A DNA stretch of 64,000 bases from the human T2T-CHM13v2.0 reference genome, Homo sapiens, in the NCBI RefSeq assembly GCF_009914755.1, contig NC_060936.1. One strand, 5' to 3'. A program made the position numbers and the translations under genes. Of the stretch, positions 1 through 14,900 are shown one piece after another. The notes beneath the pieces were generated by a model. That model did no database searches and was not told where the DNA came from. It worked only from the letters and a program-made list of their open reading frames with translations. Numbering within the stretch: position 1 is the first letter of the stretch; each line of letters starts with the position of its first letter.

Positions 1-290
1 TGGTACTACTTCCTTGTTGCCAACACAACTTAAGACAGATTATTTGGAATTTTGTTTCTCAACATCAGAATTCCTTAAAGAGTTTGTTACAAATATAGGA
101 TCTTGTTACCCATTTCCAGAATATGTCAATACAAATCTTTAGAAATGGGATCTGGGACTATACAATGCCAATGGGCTTTTAGCTGATTCATTGGCACAAT
201 AAAGCTGGAGAGCTGTAGCAATTAGAGCACTTGGTGAAGAATAAACTGGAATCATACCTGTCATTGAATCCTAGATGACTGGGGAGGCTG

Positions 291-1316
<1,026 letters not shown>

Positions 1317-1702
1317 TTAATTTCTTTGCATTTTCAGTGAAGACATAGAACTCTGGAGTGGAAAGCTGGGGAAGAACAAAGCAGTTGAGGGCCTCTCAGT
1401 ATAAAGAGGAGACAGAATGAGGATGCTGCCCATTTCTGTCATCTCCCAGCAGGCATTCCTGGCCGGGGGGATGAGGCAACACACTCCTGTTGTCATCTAA
1501 GCCAAGCATCTCTGCCGTTCAATTTGGTGGCCTGCTCATGATGCCCAGAATCAAGGTTGCACGAAGAGTGCCTATATTGTTAGGGGCACTAACATTAATC
1601 AACTCCTGAAAGGAAAGTTTTGATAAGAAGACACTGGAGAACTGATCCACTCATAAGCAGAAAAAGACAGTCAAAACAGATTGAGAACGAATCAGGCTTT
1701 AC

Positions 1703-1738
1703 CTGCTATTAGGGAGGGAGATTCTTCCTGGCTGACAT
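1703..1738 (-). CDS. PRB1: PRB1 exon 2 (36 nt, DVSQEESPSLIA)
   Basis: CTTCTCTTCTAG acceptor, GTAAAG donor, phase 1/1; contains the S-x-E phosphorylation motif SQE. Confidence 0.95.
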
Positions 1739-2673
1739 CTAGAAGAGAAGCACAGGATGATGGGAAAAGTTACATCTTGAACCTTTCAAGACTCACAAGT
1801 GTTCTACAGGGAAAAGGGTCTTCTCATGACACCCCATGCATCCCCTAAGTTAACTAGTCAGCCACCATCTGTGAAGCTGCTGGAAGGGGAGGAAGGTGTA
1901 AGGGGAGACAGGGTTGTTATGACAGAGCAACAGCCATGAACTCAACATAGAAGAGCCCCTTTTTTCCCTCCCTAGCATCCCTCAAGACTTAATGCTAATT
2001 TAGTTCACACATGCCAGGTACTTCAATGTGATACTTTGGTGTTCTTATGCCCTCCATTTCCTATAAATACATTGCTTATGTACACATGCTTTCTCAATTG
2101 GGGTAACCAGAAGTAATCACTTCAATACAATCTTACCCATACCACTCCCAGCACATTGAAATACTGCGTGTAAGGGAGAGAAAAATGACAATGATTGGCT
2201 CTGATATTTCTGTATCTCTAGTTAAACAGAGACAAGTGTTCCATCCAATTCTCTGTCTCTGCAGTATCTCTGATACTGTGTGTGTTTATCGCCATCATCG
2301 ATGCTGATGCACTGTACAGCAAGGCCACCATCATCCCTGTGTACTTACTGAGATCAGTTTAGGATCTTCACAGCTGGACTTCCATGAATCTGCCTTGCAT
2401 TCTCTACTGCATCCTTCACAGCACAGTTCTATCTATAAATGCAAATCTTACCTTCTCATTCCCCTGGAACAAATTCTTTATTGGATTTCATTGTACATTA
2501 AATAAATTAGAAACCCTTAGTGTGGAATGAGGGTACAACAGGTCTCCTGATCCTAGGCATGAAAACTCTGCAGCCCCATCTGTGTTTTCATTCTCCTCTC
2601 CTCCCCGTAATTACCATTATCACCTCCTAAGCCCCAAGCAGAGTCACCACATCTTTTCCCTCTTCTGTTTTAC

Positions 2674-2737
2674 CTTCATTTAAGTTCTGAGCTGAGCTCA
2701 GGGCCAGCAAGGCCACTGACAGCAGAATCAACAGCAT
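2674..2737 (-). CDS. PRB1: Basic salivary proline-rich protein 1, coding exon 1 (signal peptide MLLILLSVALLALSSA-QNLNE)
   Basis: ATG at 2737-2735; 64 coding nt; phase-1 donor G|GTAAAA; hydrophobic signal peptide typical of PRB proteins. Confidence 0.95.
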
Positions 2738-2796
2738 CTTGCAGGAGGCTCTGGAGTCACTCCCAACTCTGTGCTGGGAGGAACGTGGCAACTCCC

Positions 2797-2802
2797 TTTA
2801 TA
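2797..2802 (-). promoter_or_regulatory. PRB1 TATA box (TSS ~2772)
   Basis: TATAAA ~60 nt upstream of the ATG. Confidence 0.85.
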
Positions 2803-5428
2803 AAGAGGAGAAGAACAATGGCACCTTTGAGCTCCACACTGGGTGGGCCTCACCACCTCAGAGACTGGCTTCTGCTTTGCTCACTGCAGGTCAGGTGTAT
2901 CCCTTATTTTTCTTTGAGACTCTAGCCCAGAGAGATGAGTTGGATAGGATATGTTGTTAGTGTCTTATTTCCAAAAGGTACAACTATGACTTGAACAATG
3001 GTTTTGAAGGAACTGTGTCCAAGCCATCAGCACTGTGTCATCACTGAACTTTAGATATCATTAGAGTTTCAATCTTTTAGGTAAGACTATCATCCACTTT
3101 CCACTGTGCTATTTATTTCTGTTTATGTCTGTGTGAGCAGCGATGCTACAGCCAGCAGTGAAAATGGTCAATATCTCTGCATCTTTTTATGCCCTATTTC
3201 CATCTCTTGTGATGTGTGTGTACAGATATTTTCATATTTAGCTCAATTTTTGATGTGATAGAGATGGTTTCTGCTATCTATGAGATGTGTGAGGACAGCA
3301 CACTTCTGTGCACACATAGATGACAGAAAGCTGCCCCGCAGCCTGCTCAGGATAGGGCTATTGTTCAAGTTTCTGTGGATCTCACTCAGCTGAGGCAAGG
3401 CTTGGTCCTGTACAACACAGGAAGTCTAAAATTTTGTATTCTAAAGTATTTTTAGGGGTTATTAATGCAAAGTAGACACAGAAACCACCAGGAAATTTCT
3501 AGACCTGAGAAAACTGAATACATAGTTCTTTGAGGGAGCCATGCGATGTCAGGTCGCTAAAATTTCCTTCATGCTCTTCCCTTTCTCTAGAATATTCTAT
3601 AAAATTCACCCACTGCTTCATTTCTTTTAGGAATTGTATCAAATTCTTACCACTGTTAATTAAGTGGCCACAATTCTACATTCAAATGAGATAATCAGAT
3701 ACCGCCATCAAACCCTCAGTTGCATTGTATTGGTTTTCTTTGTTTAGTCAGTATTTGTGTTACCTGTTTTCTCAGATTCTTCTTCCACAAGGAGTATTTT
3801 TTCTACAATATTCTGATATGCATTCCTCCCCACGTTCTTTCTAGTACTTCTTTGTTCATATTTTATTTTCTGAGTCAAGCTCATTATGTGTATTTTTTAT
3901 TATGTAGCTGGCTTTTCCCCATGAATTTAGTGAGATTTACTTTATTTAATCTTCTACAGAATAAGATATAGTACTCCTAACCTCTTTTTTTCATTCCTGT
4001 CTGTGTAATTTCACAATAAATGTTGTGTTTCCAAAAAGCCCTCTCAGAGTCCTGCACTGTTAGCACTTCTTTTAGCTGCTGGTTCTTCTCTTATATCTGG
4101 TAAATCCCTGCTCATCAGTTCGTGGAATATACAGGTTAGTCAGTATCAACAGCTGCCATTTACCACTTAGACCTTCCATGTGTCTTGTGTAATTCTTCAC
4201 ATTTTGTGCATGGCTGGTGGTAATCTGAGGACAGCTTGGTGGGAGGTATGATGGGGGTAGAGAGGGTATGTGACAGTAAATTCTAAAGACAGGCCTCTTG
4301 GCCATTGGGGATGAGTGGATCCTGTGCTGTGCACATGAGGGTCTGGTCTGGCCCTTCTGAAGAGTTGCGGATATTAGTACAGGGAGACTTCCTAATACAA
4401 AAGGCTTTGCTATGGATAATTTTGCCCTTGCAAGGGAACCAGACAGATTGGTATTTTCCCTGGCATAAATACAGATGTACTTCAAAGGGGAATACATTAC
4501 TAATTGGCAATTCTTTCTGGCTCTATGGAAAGTGGATTGGTTCTAGCTGAGCTTCATGAGTTTTATCTTAGGCAGAGAGTAGTTGTTTGGTCCCAGCAGA
4601 TCCCACTGTATTGTTGAGATTTGTGTCTCTTGTCTCACAGACCCTGTTTTCCATAGGAACTGGAAAGGAGCAATCCTGCCTAGGTGGCTTAAGTTAGACC
4701 ATCAGGTAACAAAGGAATGTCAGAGAAAAGGAGCAACAAAGAGGCAAGGATGACATTGCCTGTTTATGTCACCAACCAAGGTTGCTGCAGCCTGATGCAA
4801 GACAGACTTCCCCTTGGCAGGAGAGTACAGGAAGAGAACAGAAATGCCCCTAAAGGTCACTCATTTCAGGCTCTTTCCCTGTTCTTCTCCAATGTCAGCA
4901 ATGAGTAAAGTTTTTCAGGAAAGCATAAATATCAGCTATGCACTCACCAGACAAAACAAAAAAGAGGTGATGGAAATGTGGAAAGGGACACTCTCTGTGA
5001 GTGAGGGTGGGTGGAAGAGACAAGCAGTCCTGCAGCAGGAACTTGGGCACCTAGACATGAGTTGCAGCCCTTAGCACTCCACTTGCCTTCTAATATCCAT
5101 GTTCACATTCTCAGGTCCTGAAGGAACAGTCTTCAACCTATGAAATTTTAGGAGATGCAATTCAGCTCTCATAACAGCTCCCAACCTTTTCTAAGTCGAG
5201 TGTTCAGTGGTTCAAAACTCCTCACTCCCTTCAGGCACTGCCCTTTAGCAAATCGAGTTGCCTCCACTTTCAACACTCATCCCAAATACAACCACTTGCA
5301 TAATCTTTACTAGAAGGTGATAGTTCAGGCCGTGATACTCTCTCCTGTAGGACTTTAATATCCTCAGCTGCTCTTGGTAACGTTCCTGCCCCAGCACATC
5401 CCATATCCGTTCCCCTCATATCAGTCAG

Positions 5429-6225
5429 AGAAGACATTTATGCAGCCAAAAAACACATGAAAAAATGCTCATCATCACTGGCCATCAGAGAAATGCAAAT
5501 CAAAACCACAATGAGATACCATCTCACACCAGTTAGAATGGCAATCATTAAAAAGTCAGGAAACAACAGGTGCTGTAGGGGATGTGGTGAAATAGGAACA
5601 CTTTTACACTGTTAGTGGGACTGTAAACTAGTTCAACCATTGTGGAAGTCAGTGTGGTGATTCCTCAGGGTTCTAGAACTAGAAATACCATTTGACCCAG
5701 CCATCCCATTACCGGGTATATACCCAAAGGATTATAAATCATGCTGCTATAAAGACAAATTCACATGTATGTTTATTGCAGCACTATTCACAATAGCAAA
5801 GACTTGGAACCAACCCAAATGTACAACAACTATAGACTGGATTAAGAAAATGTGGCACATATACAGGATGGAATACTATGCAGCCATAAAAAATGATGAG
5901 TTCATGTCCTTTGTAGGGACATGGATGAAACTGGAAACCATCATTCTCAGCAAACTATCACAAGGACAAAAAACCAAACACCACATGTTCTCACTCATAG
6001 ATGGGAATTGAACAATGAGAACACATGGACACAGGAAGGGGAACATCACACACCAGGGACTGTTGTGGGGTGGGGGAGCAGGGAGGGATAGCATTAGGAG
6101 ATATACCTAATGCTAAATGATGAGTTAATGGGTGCAGCACACCAACATGGCACATGTATACATATGTAACAAACCTGCACGTTGTGCACATGTACCCTAA
6201 AACTTAAAGTATAATAATAATAAAA
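5429..6225 (+). mobile_element. 5'-truncated L1PA (L1PA4-like) 3' fragment, PRB1 unit only
   Basis: ORF2 C-terminus (MFIAALFTIAKTWNQPKC...), 3' UTR and A-rich tail; empty site at ~45398-45416. Confidence 0.93.
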
Positions 6226-6639
6226 TTTTTTTAAAAACCTAGGAATTAGATCATAACACTTTTATGCTTCAAATGCTCTTAGGATTTTCTTCTGCAGTTG
6301 TAATAAGATAAAAGTTTCATGCCTCAGCTCTCTCACACCCACACATCTCCCTCTTTTTGAAGACGTGAAAGCTCTGTGAATGGAACAGAAAACAGAATCT
6401 TCCTCAACTTACTGTGTTCATTGAGTAAACCAACTATTCTGATAATACAGTCGTGTTCAAGAATTCAGCGTTGCTTGGACTTTTCTAAAAACTTTGGTTA
6501 CATTAGTAGGATCTTCATCTTTACATTTTTATTTGATGTTGATGCTCTCTAATATATATATATTTCACAATTATTTGAGCTTATTTATATTCTTTCCATT
6601 TATCCTAGCAAAGGCTGATTATAATAGAAAACATTTCTT

Positions 6640-6820
6640 CAGCATTTACTATATGATATTCAATCTTCAGAACCATCGTATTAGGGAGGTGTGATTATTA
6701 TTATCTTAATTTTGTAGATGAGGTGACTTAGGTGCGTGCCTAGGTTCCTATAAAGGTAGTAAGTGGAATGGAAGGCATTCAGTTCTCAGAGCTGAGTTCT
6801 TGCCTACTGTGCTCCATTGG
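6640..6820. mobile_element. MIR-like relic; related copies ~45820-46000 and ~32790-32970
   Basis: ttattatcttaattttgtagatgagg MIR-core-like motif. Confidence 0.5.
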
Positions 6821-8329
6821 TTACTTGCTCTTCATTCATTCATTTCTCTAAAAGAAAGTGAAAGGAAATGAGATTCAGAGAACAAAAGCAAGTTTCTCTT
6901 AGAATATTTTCAAGGTTAAATTTTCCTGAGACGTTAAGAGCTGAGGTGACTGAAAATATATTTTCCTGAGTAAACATGTTTGTTTGAAATCATAATCCCA
7001 TTTAAACATATTCTAGTATTCTGCTTTACCCCTTGTATTTATATAAAGACACTCAGAGGAATTAATTCCTTTTTTTTTCTAATTACAAAACCCTGTCAAT
7101 GTAGATCCTCTATGTACTTCCTTAATCCATGCTACATGCATTTTTCTTGGGTGGCATATTAGCATTGACAAAATTTGTGTATGCCCTTTTAAATTGACTA
7201 AATTTGATCCTTCTAATCACAATGGATCTAAAATTCTAGAAATCCAGGAGGGAGTCTGATCAGAGAGTTGTCTAAGAAAGGATAAACTATATACCACTTA
7301 CATAACTTTCAGTCTTATGCATGAAGATGTCACCTGTGTCCTGGCCCCAGAGCCGGTGTACCATCCTCAGTGATTGGGGCCATAGAAGGCATTGGTCATC
7401 AGCCTAAGGTCAAGTGTCTGTAGCCTCATCACACAATGTCAGAGTGTATTCTTCAGCTTTCAGTTAAACATCCTATCAGTTCATAGAGAAGTACAATCAC
7501 AACTTATAAGAAATACAAAGCAATGTATGTCACCCTCATGTTTTTCTGATCATGTACAAAGACAGTAAGCTGATAGGAATTTCACTAAAGTGACTAATCA
7601 ATGACTCACTTATTAAACACATAAACCTTTCCCTATGTCATACAAAAGATGTTGTCTTTTCTGCGTAAGAACCACAAATTATTATTCTATCTCATTGATT
7701 TTGAAGTCCACATGTATGCATATTTATCATCTTGGAAATTGTTTTTAAAATGTGATCACAACAGAATCATTCATCTAATGTTTTCTTCTTACAATGGTAC
7801 CTTGACATCCTCTCTTGAAGGGATGAGGTCTGTTTTTACCCCCTTGGAGCTTGGGTAGAACTGCATTACTGCCATGACCAGTAGATTATATCAGAAGTGA
7901 TACTTTGTGACTTTTGAGTCTGTATCATAGAAATGCCATGCAATTCCAAATTGTTCTTTATGGAACCTGACACATGCTGTGAGGAAGTCCATGCTGTGTG
8001 ACAGAGATAGAACATTCATTTTAAAAATGATTGGATACAAAATTGTCTCTAAACAATATTCAATAACTGACTTTGTTTCAGTGACCCAATTGCTACCTAT
8101 ATCATATATTATATTTCTACACATGCATGGCTACATAGCTAAAGATTTATGGATTATTCCTTTCTACCTTGCATAGTGATGTTTCTGATGCCTTAGCTCT
8201 TCTAGTACTTACAATAGCACTTTGAGGATTTTTTGCATTTATGTTCACTTTTCAAAGGTAGAAATAAAATCTTAATGTGATTGACTTTCCCTAAGACATG
8301 CACATCATAGGGAACAGCATAAGACAAAG

Positions 8330-8338
8330 AAAGGAAAG

Positions 8339-8369
<31 letters not shown>
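8330..8369. repeat. (GA/GACA)n microsatellite; paralog ~47537-47568
   Basis: gagacagacagagagagagacagagagagag. Confidence 0.8.
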
Positions 8370-10789
8370 AATGAGTGAATGACCTTATTCATGAGAACAA
8401 TATAAAATACCTAGGATCAAATAGCAAGAAATGCACAGGATTCAGTTGAAGAAGAATGATCAAACTTTGATGCAGAATATGCACTAAAATGTATATACAT
8501 GTAAATTTCTGCACATGAAAATGCCATATTCAAATAGGACTAATTTTCCAGCTGTTCTGGTGAAAATTGCACAACAGTCCCCTCTTCATGTCTGATTTTG
8601 GCTTTGCTCATTCACAAACTCTATTATTTTTCTATTTGTCATTCCAATTCCACAGTTTTGTTTACATTTATTGTTTATTGTCATCTCTTCTTTCATTCTC
8701 CCCATCCTTTGGTATTAATTTCCTCTCTGCTTCTTTATTGTAATTTTGTTGGGACATTGGGAAAGAGCAGAAATCAGTCCATGTGTTCAATACACTGTGC
8801 ATTCCAATACCCTTAGTATGGAGACAAATTCCTTATCACAGTTTATAACAGGTCCTACAGATGATCTTTTAGTTCATGCCTCTTTCAATATAAGTGTGTT
8901 CAAGTGACTTTACAAGGCAGACTGCTATTACCTGTGTTCCTAATTTTATCTGAAGAATATGCTGCTGTCTTTTCTTCCCTGGCTGCATTAAATGTAACAT
9001 GACAATGACTTGATAATCACATGGTTATTTTTTACAACGTTATTGAGTAAACATCTAGAAACAATTTTAAATGTTGAATACATTTTTATACTCTAATACT
9101 CTAACAAATGTAATTTTTTAAAAACAAATGTACATTGTTTCAAGTCTATTACTTATCCATCTTTGGAACTGCCAAAGCAAATCTCTCCATATTATAAAAA
9201 AAACTTTTGTGACTTCTAGTAAACAGACATAGAAACAGAAGTTTATGATATGATACATAAAAGAGTTTGTATTTATCTTACATTTTTACTAACTTTATTT
9301 TTTAGCTAAGCTTTTGTCTATATTTGCATATTCTTGATTGAAACATGCCTTTGTACATTTGTATTGAGCAATTAAAGGCTTTTTTAACTAGTCAACCTAA
9401 CAACATTGACATATGGCTTTTCTCAGATTGGAATGATCTACAAAGCTTCTGAAGCTTGAACTTTGGGGTCCTTCATGTGCACAGGCCCTTTCCAAGACCC
9501 TGTTTAGAGTGAATAGAATACAGACATTTAGAAGGTTCATGAACTAGCAGTGGTCTTCTTTATGCCAACTCCTTTACTCAAGCCTTTATGTATTTTTCTG
9601 TCTTCCACTGACCCATGGGGATCATAAGATTTCAGGACCTTCTCCTCCCTAAAACAAACTCCAATCATTTGAGGGATATCTGAATTTTTTCTGAAAAGAA
9701 GACTGGGGAATGCCTATAGAAACAAATTTCTAAATAATCTGATTCTTATGTCTACAAATAATGGCTATCTTCCTGCACTGCTGTAAATGTACTGTGGGAC
9801 TGCAGATTATACATGGAGGTATCTAAAGAGTGTACTGTAGTGGTGACTGAAGGGCCTATTGAAACGATGTATGGCTATAGATTCTTGCTCTTCCACTAGT
9901 TTTTCCCTTGAAGAACATACTCCCTGCAGAATGGCACCTTCCCTTAGTATTTGTAGTGTTTCTACCTTTAAGCATGGAAGGAATGGTCAATGTTAGCAAT
10001 GCTGTCTTTCCTCTACAACTTACGGCGGGGTAAGGACAATTCTCATGTTTGACTACAAAAGCAAGCGCAGCTTCATGGCCCTAATCCATTTGGGCATTTC
10101 TGCTAGTGTCCTGGATCCATCAGTCTCCACACCGGTGTTTCCAGAGATGGTGCTGACTGTGGCAATTACCAACTCATGGATGTTCTTTGATTTTTAATAG
10201 GAAGAGTGATTTCCCCAGAGGTTTTCTCTGTAAATGAAGACATTCCTTGCCTGATTTCTAGGGCATACCACTGTTGTTTATTCCGAAGAGTCCATGACTG
10301 GAACACCATGTAAGGCCATAGATTTTTGTATTCTATCTTTGTTCCGGCTCTTTGGTTTTCCTTGGGAGGGATTCTACGACAGACTTACTAAGTGAGACTC
10401 TGCAACTCTGCCCCCATTTTGTACCCTTCTCCCCCAGGCATCTTGTTCACTTAGCTGAGTACACACTTGGGGAGAAGAGAGAATATGGTGGTAGCTCATG
10501 AGGACACATCCAGTTTTCATTCACAGCCTACGACTCAACTGAATAAACTCCTGAACTTTAAGTCTCCCTAAATGTGTGCAACAGCTTTGGGGGATCTTTA
10601 ACCATTTACCTCCTGCTATCTTTGGAATGGAGGAAAAACTAAAAGTGTTACATGGGAAGTTTGTTTCAATTCTACCATCTGGTACTCAGTTTACAACCAT
10701 TTCCCAATCCTGCTTCTTAATGAGCTATATAAAAGGAGAAGATTTATTGACCGTTTGTCATACATTTTGGTCAACATGTCAGCTATTGA

Positions 10790-12235
<1,446 letters not shown>

Positions 12236-13049
12236 TATAGGAAGGCATCCTAACACAAGAAGGTCTACTAGAGGTAATTTAGACTTTTCCAGCTGACTAG
12301 GCCGATTGGTTTCTTGTTTTTCTTTTAGCATAAATAGGAATGTTTTCTGAAGATGGGATATAATACCTGTGGCCAAATATTCTCCAGCTACATGGAAAGT
12401 GTAACATTTGTAACTGAGATTCACATGCTTCAAGAGAGACACAGAGTGCTTGGGCCCAGCGGCTATTCTGATGTTATTGAATGATTTTCTCTGGTTTCAC
12501 CAAACATTATTTGGAAAGAGAAGGTGGTTATGAGCAGTCTGGCCTAGGTAGCTTATGGTGGCTTGTCAAGTAGGGAAGAAATGCAAGAGAGAAGAAGCAG
12601 AGGGGAGTGCCAGGCAGATGTGCCTACTTGTGGGAGTCACTGGGGAAGCTGCAGTCCCAGTTAGTGGCAGGCTACTTCTCATCTGCTGAGTACAGGAAGA
12701 CAAGAGGTGATACTTCCAAATATCACTCAGCTCATGCCCTATTCCTGACCTTCCCCTATGTCAGAAATGCATGAAAGAGATTAGCATATCAGGAAGGAGT
12801 AAATATCAGGTATCAAGCTACCAGAGACAACCAAAACAGAGGTTACCAAAGAACTGAAGGAGACAGTGTCACTTAGGATGAGGTCAAAACAAGGTGCAGG
12901 ACTGCAGCAGGAGCTTAGGCACTTGTCCATGAGTCAAGAACCTCAGCAATCCACTTGCCATTTAAAATAAATATAAACTTACTATGTGCCAAGCAGGACT
13001 CTTGATTTCTACCTCCTAAAACCTGCTCTCCCCTAGCTTTCTTCATTAT

Positions 13050-13400
13050 GGCTGTCAAAAAAAATATCACAGACTAACTATTCTTCAACAACAGAAATTC
13101 CTTTTCAGCACTTCTGGATGCTCAAGTTCCACGATGAAGGTGTCAGCATGTTCAGTTCTTCTGGGCCCTGCCTGCTTGCCATCTACATACCTGCCTTCTT
13201 GCTGTGTTTCCCATGGGACTGCTTCTATACATACATAATTCTTGTGTCTCTCCGTGTGCAAATTTCTAGTTCTTATAAGGAATTTCCACTTCTTATAAGG
13301 AGAGCAATCTTATTAGATTTAGTTCCACTGAAACTCACCATTTTAGCTTGATCACCTCTTCTTAGGGCTGTTTTCTAAACAATCTTATTCTAAGGAACAA
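13050..13400. mobile_element. MaLR (MLT1-like) LTR relic; related copies ~17400-17545, ~22260-22620, ~52240-52600, ~61290-61645
   Basis: cacagact...aacaacagaaatt...caagttcc...aaggtgtcagca...tcttataagg pattern. Confidence 0.6.
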
Positions 13401-13839
13401 GAGGTTGGCTGTGGAGTTTTGTATACCTATGCCTATCATATTTCACTAAATATTTGATTATATAGATATCATTTCTTTGGAACTCTGAGCTGTGTGAAGA
13501 CAACACAAACCTGGCCATTCATGGCTGACAAAAGGTTGGCCCTCAGCCTGGTCAGACCCACACAGATTGTCTAATTTTCTCTGGCTCTGGCTCTAGTCAG
13601 AAAAGTCTTGGTGTTGTAGAATACAGGTGTCTTCATGAATTCTATCATTAATACTCATGGGGAGGTTAAAACAAAGTTGGCCATGAAACCTACCAAGGGG
13701 TTCTAGAAATGAACAGAATGAATACACAGTTCTTGAATGAGACACCCGATTTCATATCGTCAAAATTTTTTCCTTGCTGTACCGCTTTGTTAGAATGTTT
13801 GATCAGATTTAGTTTGGGATTTACATATTTTAGGAATTT

Positions 13840-14164
<325 letters not shown>

Positions 14165-14900
14165 TAATCACTCCCACTTATAATGAGTGGCCACAATTAT
14201 ATATTCCAATAAGATAGTCTGGTACCCACATAAAAGCCTCAAGCATATTGCATTGATCTATTTCTTAGTACCTGTGCTATCTCTCTCCCAGATTGCTCTT
14301 CCACACAGAAATTTTTTTCATTTTTGCAACATTCTGAAACTAATTTCTCCCGACTCTCTTTCTAAAATGTATTTGTAGACATTTTGTGTTCTAAATAATC
14401 TTCCCTGTGTTTATTTTTCATCTTACATCTGGCATCTTTTTAAATAAAATTTGGTAAAATTTTTTAAATCTAATCTTCTAGGTAAGCATCTATAATTCTT
14501 CTTACTCCTTTCTTTTCATTTTTGTTTTCAAAATTTAGATCAACATAATGTGTTTCCAAGGTCTTTTTACTGAGTTTGTGTTAGTAGCTCTCTTTTCATC
14601 TGCTGACTTTTCTGTTACATGAAGTAGTTCCTGCCCATCCTTCTACCCTTTTCATGGAAAGTTTAAATGAGTCAGTATCAACAGCTGCCTCTTATCATCT
14701 CAGGCCTCGAATAAGTCTTGTACTGTCATTCAGTTTTTGCTCAGGGATAGTGATAACTTCAGGATGACCTTGTTAGAGGTATTGTGTGTGGGGTTGTGAC
14801 TGGACATCCTAAAGACAGGCCACTTGATCAGTTGGATGAGAGGATCCTGTGTTGTACACATAAGAATCTGTTCCTACTCTTCCAGAAGGGTTTGAGAATA

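Noticed and set aside
2739-2960. 73-aa + strand ORF identical in both units
   Set aside because: TTG start; lies over the promoter; identity is explained by the conversion tract
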